Shown here in pieces: positions 12,958 through 26,232 of a stretch of DNA of 64,000 bases (position 1 is its first letter; each line of letters opens with the position of its first letter). This DNA is from Octopus vulgaris. Lineage: Eukaryota. Location: contig OX597818.1 in NCBI GenBank assembly GCA_951406725.2, forward strand, positions 75,144,001 to 75,208,000. The letters are read 5' to 3'. Under the pieces are notes generated by a model, which was not told the DNA's origin, ran no database searches, and saw only the letters and a program-made list of their open reading frames with translations. The position numbers and the translations under genes are program-made.

Positions 12958-14405
12958 TTATTCTTTTATGCGTTTCAGCTCAAAGGCTGTGACCATGCAA
13001 GGGCACCACCATTATTATCACCTCTTCAATGGCCATTCTTATGTGATTGGTGTTTGGTGAAGAAGGGAGTTTGATATTGCTGCCTTCTTTTGAGTTTCAA
13101 AACGTGATGTAGTCTCATCTGAGTCACTGGGTAGTAGATCAAGTTGTTTCTTAAAAGTATCAACCCATACTCAATGCAGATCTCTTAGATGCTTTGGCAA
13201 GCTATTAAATAGCCATAGGCCCTTGAATCCCCAGCTATTGTAGTACATGAACCTCACCTTAGATAGGTTGACTGGGGCCTTTGGAACTATGCAGTGCCAT
13301 ACGGTTTGGGAGCTTATATAGCTCTTGATGCCGAAGTTTGGTACCAACCCCTCCAGGATCTCCCGTATCTTTATCACTGCATATATCTTCCGCCTTCGTT
13401 TCAGGGAGTAGAGTCATAACTTTTTCGGTATCTCTTAAATAACTCAGCTGTAGTATTCTTGCTAACGCACTTGTGTAGCACTGTTGCACTGCCTGAAATT
13501 CCACTATAAATTTGACACTGTGTGGTGACTACAGTTGAGAGTAGTCCTCCATAGAACTAGTATAATATCCTGACCTCTTTTTTCTGAAGGTTCTCAAAAT
13601 CCATCTAACCATTCGGTTGCACACTGCCACCATCTTGGTGACATGCACATGAAACAAGGTGTTGTTGCTCATATCAATCCCCAGATCACGCATTGTACCT
13701 GAATCTGGGACTGCTGCTCCATATAGTCTAAAGTATCTTTCTTGCGGCATCTTAGCACAAGCTTTCTGATTGCGGAGGTTTTGGTATTTACCTACATTAG
13801 ATTGCCTGTTCTTTTCTTCAGCCCATTTATATATGGCATCTAGGTCCTTGACTGCTTGTACTACTTTTGTGTCATCATAACTAGTAAGTGTGGCTGTCTA
13901 TGTAAATGATGGTATGTCCGAAAGAGTCACCATAAACAGCAGCGACACAAAGATAGTTTCTTGAGACACTCCACTTACTATTACTATCTCCTTGAAGAGG
14001 ACTCCATTGGCTGTCCCACCCCTGCTTCGGTCTATTAAGGAGTCATGTAACCACTCTCCCAGTTTTCGGACTATGCCGAGTCTTCCTAGCTTGTGACATA
14101 TCCTTCCATGATCGACCTTACCAAAGGCCTTTGCAAAGTCACATCCACGTTTGAACGATTCATTTGTTTCCAATATCCAGTTGTAAGGCTGCTGGAGCCG
14201 TGTAAGGTATTTTCTTCTTGAGCGGAAGCCATGGTAGGTGTCAGGGAGCAAGTCATCATCTTCTAGGAATATGATCAGCATCCTTTTGACAATGCGTTCC
14301 GTGACTGTACTGACATGGGAGGTTAGAAAGATAGACCTATAATTTTTAGCGTCCGTTCTGCTACCTCCTTTATCGATAAGACATATTATACCTTCTTTTA
14401 ACTTT
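12958..14405 (-). mobile_element. CR1-type LINE, 3' part (reverse transcriptase and 3' tail), degenerate
   Basis: KGGSR.DAKNYR.I.LTS, HGFR, DFAKAF.KVDH, SGV.Q, DDTK and RDLGI motifs; tail GGTGCCC..GCATGG.CACAGCC..AGCTGAAAC. Confidence 0.85.
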
Positions 14406-15189
14406 TATAATGATACGTCTACACAATGATGATTGAACTGAGCTAGAGGATTCCAACAAACCTAATTAAAATCTGTCATAATATTCTTGTGATGATTAGG
14501 CCAAAAGATGACTCAACTGTTTGTACCCTAGTAACACTACTGTACTATTGATGGTGGTGAACTTTCTGCTGGGAAAGTTCACCACCACCAATTCACCGTA
14601 AGGAAAGTTTACCGAGAAAATACATCCAAAGTATCTCACCATAAATAGTTAAAACTGTTTTATTGCAAAAAAAAGTAATGGAAATCAAAACGTGAATTGA
14701 CAACGGTGAACTTTCCCTGTAGTGAATTGATGACAGTGAACTTACCGGATATGGGTTATGATATTTAACTGCCATTAGTTCAAGCTATATTGCTATAAAT
14801 AGCTTCTATGGGATGTACATTATCTATGGAAATTTAGATGTCAACAGCTCAGACTGCTTAGCTGTAAGTAGGTACCACATTATGGTGTTATTTTTCATTG
14901 TTATGCATCCATGGTCACTGATGCATGGTCAGCTAGCAATAATTACCACACTATGGTACAATTTACCGTTAGGTGTCCATGATCAAGCTACTTAACTTTG
15001 AACAGTCCAGTCAAGCTAGATGTCTGTAGGTACCGTATGGCATTGCAGTTCCCTGTTTTGTGCTCATAGTTAATATGCACAATGTCAATTTCCCCGTCTA
15101 CCTAAATGTAAATAGGTACCACACGATGTTATATAACACTGCACCAGAGCAATTGCCACAGACTCTTCTCTCAGTTATTTTTTATCGTT

Positions 15190-15576
15190 TATCTTTTACT
15201 TGTTTTTTACTTGTTCCAGTTATTAGATTGTGGCCATGCTAAGGCACTGCTTTGAAGTGTTTAGTCGCAAAATTTCGCCCCCGCTACCTATTTTTATTTT
15301 TGATAGTTATTTTCTCGGGTCTCTTTTGACTAGGTTACGAGAATGCAAAGGAACCAACACCAGTTGTCAAGCGAGAGAACAATCACAAACACAAACACAC
15401 ACACACACATATATATATACGACGAAATTCCACACACTGTCCTTCAACCAAATTTGTTTGCTGGCAGGACATTGATCGGCTCAAAATACCAGTCCAGTGT
15501 GACACGGTGCGGGACCAAACTCGAAACCATGTGGCTACCAAGCGAGCTTCTTAAACACACAGCCATGTCTGCGCCT
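15190..15576 (-). mobile_element. SINE family A, diverged
   Basis: Similarity to 4064-4468. Confidence 0.75.
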
Positions 15577-15717
15577 ATTAGTTTAATCAAGTTAATTGCA
15601 GGATGATAAAAGGAAATGGATCAACACTGTAAGCGATTAAGGAAATATTGTAAAATTAACGAGTTTTGCATTAATTGTCACTTCTGTAGCGTTGAGCCAG
15701 AGTTGATTTGACACCAC

Positions 15718-16930
15718 CACTGCCACGTCTTTCCAATGAACCAACAAGAATCTAGATTGAACATGAAAATAAATGAATTAGATGTGAAACAAGAGTAAGT
15801 AAATCTAATATCTCATCTACCTGAATAACCGAGATATCTATAGAAATTATCTCTTTAACTAGAGACTTTAAATCACATCAACCACATATAGCCGTCACTA
15901 TCATCATCACCACTACCACCGCCATTATCATAATACCATCGTTATCACCATCATCATCAACAACATCGGCATCACCACCTCCATCGTTATCACCACCATT
16001 ACCAGCATCACTACCATCATGGCCATCATTACCATCATTATCATCAGCAGCAGTAAGGGCAGCATTCTAACTCGAAAGAATATATGAGCACCTAAAAGCT
16101 ACGAGGCACAAACAATAACACCACTATTCGTCATGGAGAGTGAAGGGTGTACATGTCCGCACACTATATCTCATACACCAGATCACTGCAAGATAGAGTA
16201 TTTAGTATCAGTGAGAGTATAGCAATAGACAGGGTCGTGGAGAGAGTATGATATGACCACACTCACACAATACTTTTTACTGTTCATCATTGCATGTCGG
16301 AGTATGTAGCATAGATGATGGAGGGAAGGGGCATAGTATAACTGTGAAAATAGAGATGTAGGATCATGCTGTATTTTTGGCCGGTAAAATATTGGATTAA
16401 ACAACAACGACAACATCAAAAAGTCACCATTACCAACAGTAATGCCAGAGACAGACTCTAAGCAGCCGTTCGACCTGATAAAAGTAGCAAGTAAATCACC
16501 CTCTAATCACAAGTAACCATCTTAAGGAAGAAGGAACACATAACATAATGGACTTCTAGATTCACTACCAACACTGCCTTGTCTTTCAATTGAACCAGCA
16601 ATAATTTAGATAGAACATGAAAATAAATGAACTAGGTGTAAAATAAGAGTAAATCTAACATCTCATCTACCCCAGCAATCGGGATATCTATGTATAGAAA
16701 TTATCTCTTTAACTAGACGCTTTAAATCGCATCAGCCACCCATGCTGATATGAGCAACCACTATTATCATCATCACTACAATATCAAAAAGTCATCATTA
16801 CCAACAGAAATGCTACAGATGGTCTTTGCCCAACCGTTCGACCGCATAAAAATAGCAAGCAAAAAACCCTCTAGACAAAGGTAACCATATTAAGGAAGAA
16901 GAAACACACACTATAATGGACTCCTAGATA
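15718..16930 (+). repeat. Old diverged tandem duplication
   Basis: 15718-15885 matches 16570-16740, and 16410-16562 matches 16779-16930. Confidence 0.8.
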
Positions 16931-18249
16931 CTCGTTGTGGGAAAAAATATAGAAGATTACAATGGAAGGAATGTATTTGATCATATGTCTGTTCATTCGT
17001 AGCTGGCCTATGATTTAACGAGAACAACAACGAGAACAATACAAATAGCAGACGCTATTTACATTTCCTTTCAAACCGTTAGCCACTGGGAGAACTCATC
17101 ACTTAAATTTTGTTAAAGCTTGAACTATAAAAAAGAAACAATTATCGAAAGTAAATTAAAATAAAAGCTAAATTAGGCAGAAAAATGGCCATAGAAACTG
17201 AACAATTAGTCTCCGAGATCATTGATTGGGCGACAACTTCTGAAATGTAAATTAAACGAATTTTTAAACACATCAACAAAAGCATCAGCAAAAACAACAA
17301 GTCACAACAATAAAAACAACTGTCACAAGAACAAGAACAAATAACAACACCGTTAGTTAATGAAACAAACTTCGATTTATTTTCGTCTGGCACAGAGTAA
17401 CACAAAGGGATAGCTGTTGTAGTCATCGTCGACGTCGTTGCTGTTGTCGTTGTTGTTGCTGTTGTTGTTGTCGTTGTTGTTGTTGTTGCTTTTGCTGCTA
17501 CTGATACTTCTGCAGTTACCGCCATTGCAGCTGCTGCTGTTGTTACTGTTGTCGCCATTGCTGTTTTTATTTGACCCCGGGTCAACCAGACATCAGCTGA
17601 CTTGTGATCGAATCTGTTCTGCATGATTCCATCTTCATTTTTAATTGTATTATTTTATTTTTTCTTCACGCAGATTATCAGATTAACGAGAACTACATTA
17701 TCTAATGAGTCTTTCGTTTTTCAAGACACTTAGATTCTGTCGAAGGAAATTTGACTTTTACTGCTAGAAGACCAAGTGAGTGTGTATAGATGCCTTTGGT
17801 ATTTGATACAAAATGAAGTAAATATGGTATAACTTCTTTATCTATCCATAAGTATGTGGATTTCGACTTTGTATGAATTAGATTTAAGTGATTGAAAAAG
17901 GTGCAACGTCATCTGTCTCCCACCTAGCCACACTCTTTTCTGGTATAGGATGGCTGACTGAAACTGTCTTACTGACCGATGGAGCCAAAATCTGCATGAG
18001 TGAATTTCCAGATTTTACATTTGATCATAGAGAGTTTGGGACACGATGGTTACCCTCATATTTTAATCTGCTTATCAAAATGATTATGCTTTAAACTAAA
18101 GGTAAGAGCCAAAGAATGACAACAATTAGTGCCCTTTTCTAACCGCCCCATACATCCCACGTTTACTATATAATATTAATATTATTATTAACAATTTTAA
18201 CAACAGCAGCAACAACAACAGCAACAACAATAATGATAATAATAATAAA

Positions 18250-18705
18250 TTATTTATTTTATTTGCCACCAGGGCGAAGAATGAGGAAGACAATACAAAG
18301 ACAGGCACAAAGTGGGGGGATTACATATAATGAAAAGATGAAATAAATAAATAAATGACAAAAATGAGTAAGTATACATGGTATACAATAACATACAAAG
18401 GTTAAAAAAAGGCGGGGTGATGATAGAAAAGTAGTCCACCTGATACAGGATGAACTCTAGGAATAATCGAGGAACCCCCCTGTATGAGATCTCCCTGACC
18501 ACCAAGGGCAAGTGCTCTCTCTGTTCACTAAGGACCCGGCCGATAGACGGATCAAGCCCACACGTGATAGCAGCTGTCCGACATGATCCCACGAGTTAGC
18601 AATACCCGGACATTGAACGAGTGCATGCAGTATGTTTTTGTCATTATGCGCGCACCTCGGACAAACCTGTCTAACAGCACACCCATGCCTGTAGAGTTCG
18701 ATAAA
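18250..18705 (-). mobile_element. L1/Tx1-like non-LTR 3' fragment
   Basis: CPRC-x7-H-x4-C zinc knuckle (CPRCAHNDKNILHALVQCP..W); A-rich 3' end near 18250. Confidence 0.55.
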
Positions 18706-19149
18706 CTTATTGAATATCATTTCTCTATTATTAATTTTATTCGTGTCTCTATCTTAGTAGCAACTGATGGATAAAGAAATCAAACGACATAAACAAACGG
18801 CAGCAAAACCGTTCAGAAATTAAATAACACTAACACATTCAGTATCAATAATAAATTTAATTAATACACGACAATTTCTAGCTTTACCCATTTTGAATAC
18901 ATCGCTCCTATTTAAAACCTCTTACCTACTTGACAATTGCATTTCTAGCTCTGCCTTGAGGGAATATTTATTTCTTGGACTCACGTTTTTGTGCGCAACG
19001 ATGTTTTTAAACCCCGTTACAGCACCGTATGCAGGTCTTTTCCGTTTTCTTTCACGCACGGATAAATTTTTCACAACAGACCCTAATGGTGCAAGTATTA
19101 GGTCACCCTTGTTGAGCCACCTCTTTGATGCTTCCTGCTCTTTTAATTT

Positions 19150-20447
19150 GTTGATATCACTCGACCATGTAATTCCATACGGAGTTGGGTTTCTTCTCTC
19201 TCGTTGGCTGCTCTTGATCGGAATTCATGAGCATTCTCAAGTCCACTTTTGTTGATTCCTTCTGCACAAGCAGCATACTGTAGGAGGTCTTGTTTGCTGT
19301 TTACTAAATATGCTGCCATATTTCTTCTTTCCCTGTTGATGCACCCCCGTACGCTAATCAGCCCACGTTCACCTTTAACTCTAATGAGGAAGATCCTATG
19401 TACATTTGCCTTTCTTTTGGGTCGTGCGATCGAGTTGATCTCCGCTTGTTCCATTTCTGGATGGGTACACTATAGCGGACTACAGTAACAGCCCATATGT
19501 TGATGGCAGTCACAAAATTCCTTGAGTTTTGATTTGAAGAAAAGTTTGAGGTGCTTGAAATATGCAGTGATAACCTTGTCTTTCATTTATTCGTACAAGA
19601 TATTGTCCAGCTCCAGGAATACAAGGTACTTGTACCAATCATCATCCGGGTCTTCCATTCTCTCTCCGTTTGCCAATTCTATGCCCCTTGAATTTACTCT
19701 TCTCCCCCGCTTCAAATAAGCACCACACACCCCGAGATACCGAATTCCATCTCTATATCCTTGCTGCACATTTGCACAGTCTCAACGAGCCTTTCCAGTT
19801 TTAAACGCGAACAGTTTTAAATCATCCATGAAGAGAAGGTGGCTGAGATGAGGTCCATTTTTTCTCAGGTCATAGTTCACGTTGACTTTGCGTGGGACTA
19901 CAGAAAGTGGGATCAAGGCTATAACAAATTACGGAGGTGAACAAGAGTCTCCTTGGAAGATAACTCTTTTGATGGTTACCTCGGCTAAGTACTGGTTGTT
20001 ACAAGAAAGACGTGTTTTTCAACTAGGCATGCTGCTCTTAATCAGTGCACACACATTCTTAGCTATTCCACACATGTCGAGTGTTTCTAAAGACCACGAA
20101 TGCGGCAACATGTCGTAAGCCTTTTTGAAGTCTAACCCGGTCATGCATAAGTGTTTTTTTTTTTTTTTGGTACAGTTTACAGTTCTTCATTATAATCTTG
20201 TCTATCACAAGGTAGTCCTTGGTGCCCTTGGATCCTTTTCGGCACCCCTTTTTTCTACTGACAGTAGGTTGTTTTCTGCAAGTACCGTATATATTTTCCC
20301 TGCGTGGGTACCTATTAATACTTTCCATAGGAGTTTAAGACAAACAATGAGTCTGTAATTGCCAACCTCATTGCCCTTTGACCGATCTTTCATTAACAAC
20401 GTTGTTCTTCCCTCTACCATCCACTCCGGAACTGCACTGCTTTGTAC

Positions 20448-20448
<1 letters not shown>
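19150..20448 (-). mobile_element. R4/Dong-clade non-LTR RT fragment
   Basis: GRTTLLMK..NYR.I.CL, KGCRKGS.GTKD.L.ID, DFKKAYD..PHSW, IFQGDS.SP, HLLFMDDLKLFA, GERGL; 5' end abuts (TTA)n. Confidence 0.85.
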
Positions 20449-20511
<63 letters not shown>

Positions 20512-20541
20512 GTTGTTGTTGTTGTTATTATTATTATTATT
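20449..20541. repeat. (TTA)n/(TTG)n microsatellite
   Basis: Direct reading. Confidence 0.95.
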
Positions 20542-21044
20542 CATAGTATGAGTGATATATTTTATATAGAAAGCAATTTTAAAAGCTATTCAAGTACATC
20601 TTGACAGATTTCAGTAGCCTTAAATATAACAATACATATGTTTCTGATCGAAAGCTTTTGTGTATGAAATTTCATTGTTCCCTCAAGTTTACAAAGTTGA
20701 TACAGTAGTTTGCTCGTTTAAAAGGTAAAAGAAAAAGAAATTTGATATAAGATAGAAATATGTATACATTTAACGATGCACATGTGTCAAGTAACATACA
20801 CAAACTGATAATGAAAGAAACATGTATATATTGAAACAGTGAAATGAAATTGTGTATGTATTGAAACAGAGTAAATGTATATACATGGTAAAGCGGAAAA
20901 AAAATTAATACCAATCTCAGAGTGAGATTTCTTATTAAGTGTAGTTTGTTCACAGCCTATACCATGTTTAAAACCGTACAAAGTAATTGGGCAAAGGTCA
21001 ACTAGGCAGTAAGAATTTTGGAATGGAGCCAGCAGCTTTTGAGG

Positions 21045-21232
21045 GAAGGGGTAAGTCGATTACATCGATCGCAGTGCATGACTGGTACTTGACTGGTACT
21101 TATTTTATCGACTCCGGAAGGATGAAAGACAAAGTTGGCTTCGTTAGAATTTGAACACAAAATATGAAGACGGACAAAATGCCGCTAAGCATTTTGTTCG
21201 GCGTGCTAACGGTTCGACCAGCTCACCGCCTT
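21045..21232 (-). mobile_element. SINE family B
   Basis: Reverse complement begins GGCGGTGAGCTGG..GTTAGCACGCCG. Confidence 0.8.
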
Positions 21233-21724
21233 AGTAAGAATAGAATAATGACACTAGCAGAAAAAACCTTTTGACAGGGCTAGTTCTGAGATATTATAAT
21301 ATCGTTTTGAGCTGCATAATTCTTGTGAGGTAATCGGAAATCGGTCGCTAGCTTCCTGTGTCGTATGACTAATTGTTTGGTGAACACGATTCCTGAATGT
21401 CAGGAATCAACTTTTCGATTATTTTAAAATGATATTGAACTCTGAAAGGAACTGTCAATGAGCTAATTTTTATAAGAATTGTATTTGGACATTGTAGTGG
21501 GGAAAAAATTATTTAAAAAGATGTAAGAATTGTCCTTAAGCCCTGTAGCAAAGTTTTCGATGGCAGGGGTATTTTTACAACATATTTAAATTAGAACTAC
21601 ACAGTTAAACGATAAAAAACAGGTGTGAGAGTTTGACAATTGATGCTTTGGAAGCAGTGAATAAGAAAGTTGTATTTTGCTGCAGCAGCAAACGAAATAC
21701 AAGATTAAGGGCTATCATCATAAA

Positions 21725-21900
21725 GATGATGATGATAATGATGACAACGACGACGACGACAACGACGATGATGATGATGACGACGACGACGATGACGACG
21801 AGGATAGTAATGGAGGAAGGGAGGAGGTGGTGGTGGTGGTGGTGATGGTGGTGGTGGTGGTGGTGGTGGTGGTGGTGGTGGTGGTGGTGGTGGTGGTGGA
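21725..21900. repeat. Compound (GAT/GAC)n and (GGT)n trinucleotide repeats
   Basis: Direct reading. Confidence 0.95.
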
Positions 21901-22335
21901 GGTAACGAAGACGACATATTAACCACCAGCCAAATTATCTGTCTGGAGTAACAGACAATCGATTAGTTACCCGATACTACATACATAAAGCAAACAAGCT
22001 GACCAGTCATCATCTGTTTTACCTTTAGTTTTAGTGAAGAAAGTCATATAATCGAGTTATTACAAAGTTATATCGAAGTAATAAAGTTTGAGTGTATTTA
22101 TGACCCAAATCAAACATGAACTTGTTTCAGATGGACAATGTTGATAGTGGGCCATTTTATTTCCTGTTATTTCCATGACAAAGTACTTAGAAGTTCTGCT
22201 CAGAACATTAAATTCTTCTGTATACGGAAACTCGTAGCGAAGTGAAAGAAGCTAGATATATATGTACGCTTAGTTTTCCGGATCCGTTATGTTGTTAGAA
22301 TGCTCTGGCACATCGATCTGGATAAAGGATAAAAG

Positions 22336-22656
22336 CCCCCTTTGGTCATGTATGACCATGAGATTGCACCTAGAAAGTTACCTTCTGAGGTACAAGTCCG
22401 GGTAAGGTTTTTTTATGGAAGACCAGCAGTCACCCATTCATACCAGCCTCCCCTCTCCACGCCTTCGATGTTATTCAAGGGAAAAGCAAACGAAGATACA
22501 GTTTGGCACCAGAGATGTCATTTCTATGGCTGAGTGAACTAGAGAAACGTGCAATAAAGTGTCTTGCTCAAGAACACAACACACAGCCTGGTGCGAGAAT
22601 CGAACTCACTACCTCAGGATTGTAACCCCGATACCCCGATGCTCTAACCACTGAGC
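22336..22656 (-). mobile_element. tRNA-derived SINE family D (CORE-like domain)
   Basis: Reverse complement GGCTCAGTGGTTAGAGC..GTTCGATTC..CTTGAGCAAGACACTT; homologous to 55608-55938. Confidence 0.8.
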
Positions 22657-24246
22657 CTCGAATAAGCGGACACAAAGGAATTAGTCCTACTACGTTGTGT
22701 GGTTGGTTGTTACCCGGTTGTTACCTGGTTGTGACCTGACTATGACTTGACTGTGACTTGATGTGACGATCATACTGATCCTGCGAAAATGCGTTGCTCT
22801 CAACTTTGGGTTGCGTTTGTTAGCAAACGTTAACCGAAAGGTGCGGCGGAAAACACCCTGCTGCCTTTGGTGGTTAAAAAAGTATTCATGAAAGATAGAT
22901 ACCTCATAACAAATACAGTCAGTTGTTGAAGGAAACGGAATCTCCCAAAATTTAAAAAAAAAATTATGAATTTCGTTAATGCGTGAGTTCCTTGTTCGCT
23001 GACCCAGTTGGTAATAATGTCGAAATATATATCCACCGTTTAGGTTTGTATTCCTGCTGTAATAACCGACCTTTTATAAAAATGTTTAGTTTAAAACTTT
23101 TTATAAAAAGGTTTTTAAATATCATCTGCGGGTAATTGATTACTATCGACCGATAATGGAAAAGTATAATATACAGGAACTGCAAAAGTCAATGATGTTA
23201 GGTAAGTGAATATATTTTAAATACTGAATACAAGAACATTTGTAAATATGTGCGCGCGTGTGAGTACGTGTACCAAACTATAAGTAAAAGTGAGATGACT
23301 GTTCGTATACGTGACTGTATACTTTAGAATCTTTGTAGTCACCAAGTTGCTAATATTGAATTTAACCTAAATATAGAAGAGTATTAAACCAGTTTTGTTA
23401 ATTTATAAAATTTTGAAGAGAAACGTCTAAGGGGAAGCTGATGTCCTGCTCTCTGTAGTAGACTATACATGCTGCTAACAATGTGGTTGTCTTTGGTCGT
23501 TAAGTGTACGTCAGCTGCTAAGTGTGTCTGGAAATGTGACTATGAGTGAAATGGTTGGCGGTGCGAATATGAACTGCAGGTGATAGGAAGACCCTAGTTG
23601 AATGTGCAAACTTTTTGCAATGAACTGTAACCATGTAGAGGATTCTATAGATTGAAAGTGTAAAAGCAGTTCTGTTATAAATTGTATGAATGGGCATACA
23701 ATTTACGGGCATGTTAACAAATTTGTTTTTTAATGCTGAGAAAGTTGTCTTTGAAATAACTTCTGAATCGATACAGTATTGTAATATAGTGCGGCTGTAT
23801 AGTGACGTATGGTTGTGGGGAAGAGTAGTATAACGTGGTCCGCGTTACTCCAGCCCCATACGAAATAACATACTGAGAGGAGAAAAATGGGTATGTTGAC
23901 CAAGGATAAGAAAATTATGAAGTGGAGAAATATGTTTGGAAGAAATCTTGAAGAACATACTTCTTGTGTGAAACTGTTCGACTAGAGGTGTATGTATTTG
24001 AACCACATCTCGTGTCGCAAAATGGGGAATTATTATTTCATTAAATTTAATAAAAGAACAAGTGTCAAAATATTAACATTGTCAAAAATATATGGACTGA
24101 CTCCAAACATATAAATATCAAAACACGTATATACTTTTATAAATGCACACACCCCGGCTTTCTCCACAGAACTGCATTCCCACCCGGCCCTTAAATCCCT
24201 CACGCATTACTTTTTCTCTTTAACTCTCCGGTTTTACTTTTCTTCT

Positions 24247-24293
24247 ATAGTTTTCTTCCGATGAAGAATTAGCATCCGAAACGTCAACACTAT
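24247..24293 (+). ncRNA. Degenerate minimal hammerhead-like motif
   Basis: ..UU CCGAUGA A GAAU UAGC AUCC GAAA CGUC AA..; helix II has one mismatch. Confidence 0.5.
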
Positions 24294-25519
24294 TCCCTTT
24301 CTTTAAAGAGTTAATCTAATACAATATCTGTTAAAACTTATCCTTTTTGCGTGTTCTTCGTTCACTTTTTGTTCATTGCTTCCAGAATATTCACACATAG
24401 TGATTATCTACATACATACACGTATATATACATATATGTGCATGTGTGTGCATATGTGTGTTGTGTGTTTTATTGGTTCTGGTTATATTTTATATGGAAA
24501 AAAATTCTACAGCCTACTCCAAGAGTTACAACAAACGCTTCTGTAATATTATGCATTCACTGTAAGTGACTAAATAATATTATAGAAGCTTCTGTTCGAA
24601 TGCCATCCATCATATGTGAAATTAGATTGTTCCAGTGCCAGTAAAAATAATAATCACGCACACATTCAAATAAGAAAAGGCAATCAAGCCTGATATGTTC
24701 GTGTGCGTGTGTACATACATACATATGAATATGTACGTATAATGATATTTGCGTTAACTAAAATATACACGCTGGTAATTATAGAATGGTGTATGCAGTG
24801 AAATAAGGAAAGGAAATCGTATATGCATTAAAACAACGTAAAACTGCACACTGTTATGTTAAACACGTGAAGTATAGATGCCGTGAGAGAAACAGCAAAC
24901 AAAATATTTGATAGTGGGAACTGTCAATAAGTATAGTTTGTTTTCATGATACGATTGCTAAATATTTACAATATGTCGCAGAAATTAGCTGAGCAAAGTT
25001 CATATTAGGTATGAAGGACGAAATAATAACATGATATAAAAAACAAAACGTGTAGTCAAGCTTAGTTGAAAGATGGTGTTGTATCTTCTTGAGTTCCTGT
25101 AAATTGTTCGCAAATCAGTTGTTAACTCTGGAGTTCTATAAACGCTGGACAAGACAACGAACTGACAGTTATTAGCACGGTAAACAAAATTATTAGCGAC
25201 ATTTTTCCCGTTTTTTCCGTTCTGATTTCAAATCCCACTGAAGTCAACGTTGCCGTTCTTCCCCTCTGGGTCGATAAACTAGAGCACCAGTCGTGTTCTG
25301 AGATTTATGTAATCGACATGGTTCTTCTTTTCAAAGTAGTTGGCTTAGAACCCTTCAACGGACCGGCGTCGCATTCAGCGGTATCAGTAAATCTCGGTCA
25401 GCTATACGCCATAGAATCCAGGTAACCAGCCTTATGACTCCAAAGGCTCAAGAAACTGCATGCAGAACGAAATCGAATCTCGAACTAAGAAAACAAACGG
25501 TGTTAAATGCAATTGCTAA

Positions 25520-25885
25520 TCTGTGTGATAAGAAACTTGCCTCTAAACCACATGCCTCCGGGTTCAATCAGACTGTGTGGTACTTCGGACAAGTGTCTTC
25601 TACTACAGCGTCAGGCTGATCAAAGCATTGTGAGTGGATTTGGTAGACGAAAACTGAAAGAAACCCATCGTATATGCGTGTGGGGATGTTTGTCCCTCGT
25701 CACCGCTTGACAACTGGTGTTGATGGGTTTACGCCCCCGTGATCTAGCGGCTCGGCATGAGGGACAGATTGAATAAGTACTAGGCTTTAAAAAAGTAAGT
25801 CTCGAGGTCGATATATTCAACTAAAACCCTTCAGGCCACAGCATGGCTACAGTCAATTGAGTGGAACAAGTAAAAGATAAAAGAT
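25520..25885 (+). mobile_element. SINE family A, diverged
   Basis: Similarity to other family A copies. Confidence 0.75.
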
Positions 25886-26135
25886 ACTCTAAAAAGACAT
25901 GTCAGTGGAATAATTATAAGAGGAATTTTGTCAGAACAACGAAGTCGGAAATAATTCTTAGAAATCGTGCGAGAATTGTCTGCAACAGACTTAAGATCTG
26001 CAACGGTAAAATACTTTGGAATGACAATGCTGTTATTATAATGCTTCTGAAGCTAAGCTAAACAGAACATCTACGACAAACAGATGTTGTGGTTTGGTTC
26101 ATTGCTGGTTGAATTTCGCACCGTACTAGACAAAG

Positions 26136-26136
<1 letters not shown>

Positions 26137-26228
<92 letters not shown>
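26137..26228. repeat. Long pure (TG)n microsatellite
   Basis: Direct reading. Confidence 0.95.

Positions 26229-26232
<4 letters not shown>

Noticed and set aside
17675-17775. Apparent exon with CAG acceptor and GTGAGT donor
   Set aside because: Stops in all three frames; the 3' part resembles a dispersed repeat.
21633-21926. Poly-D/V/P ORFs
   Set aside because: Trinucleotide repeats with no flanking coding signal.
23500-24030. Possible minus-strand Penelope ORF remnant
   Set aside because: No motif could be read with confidence.
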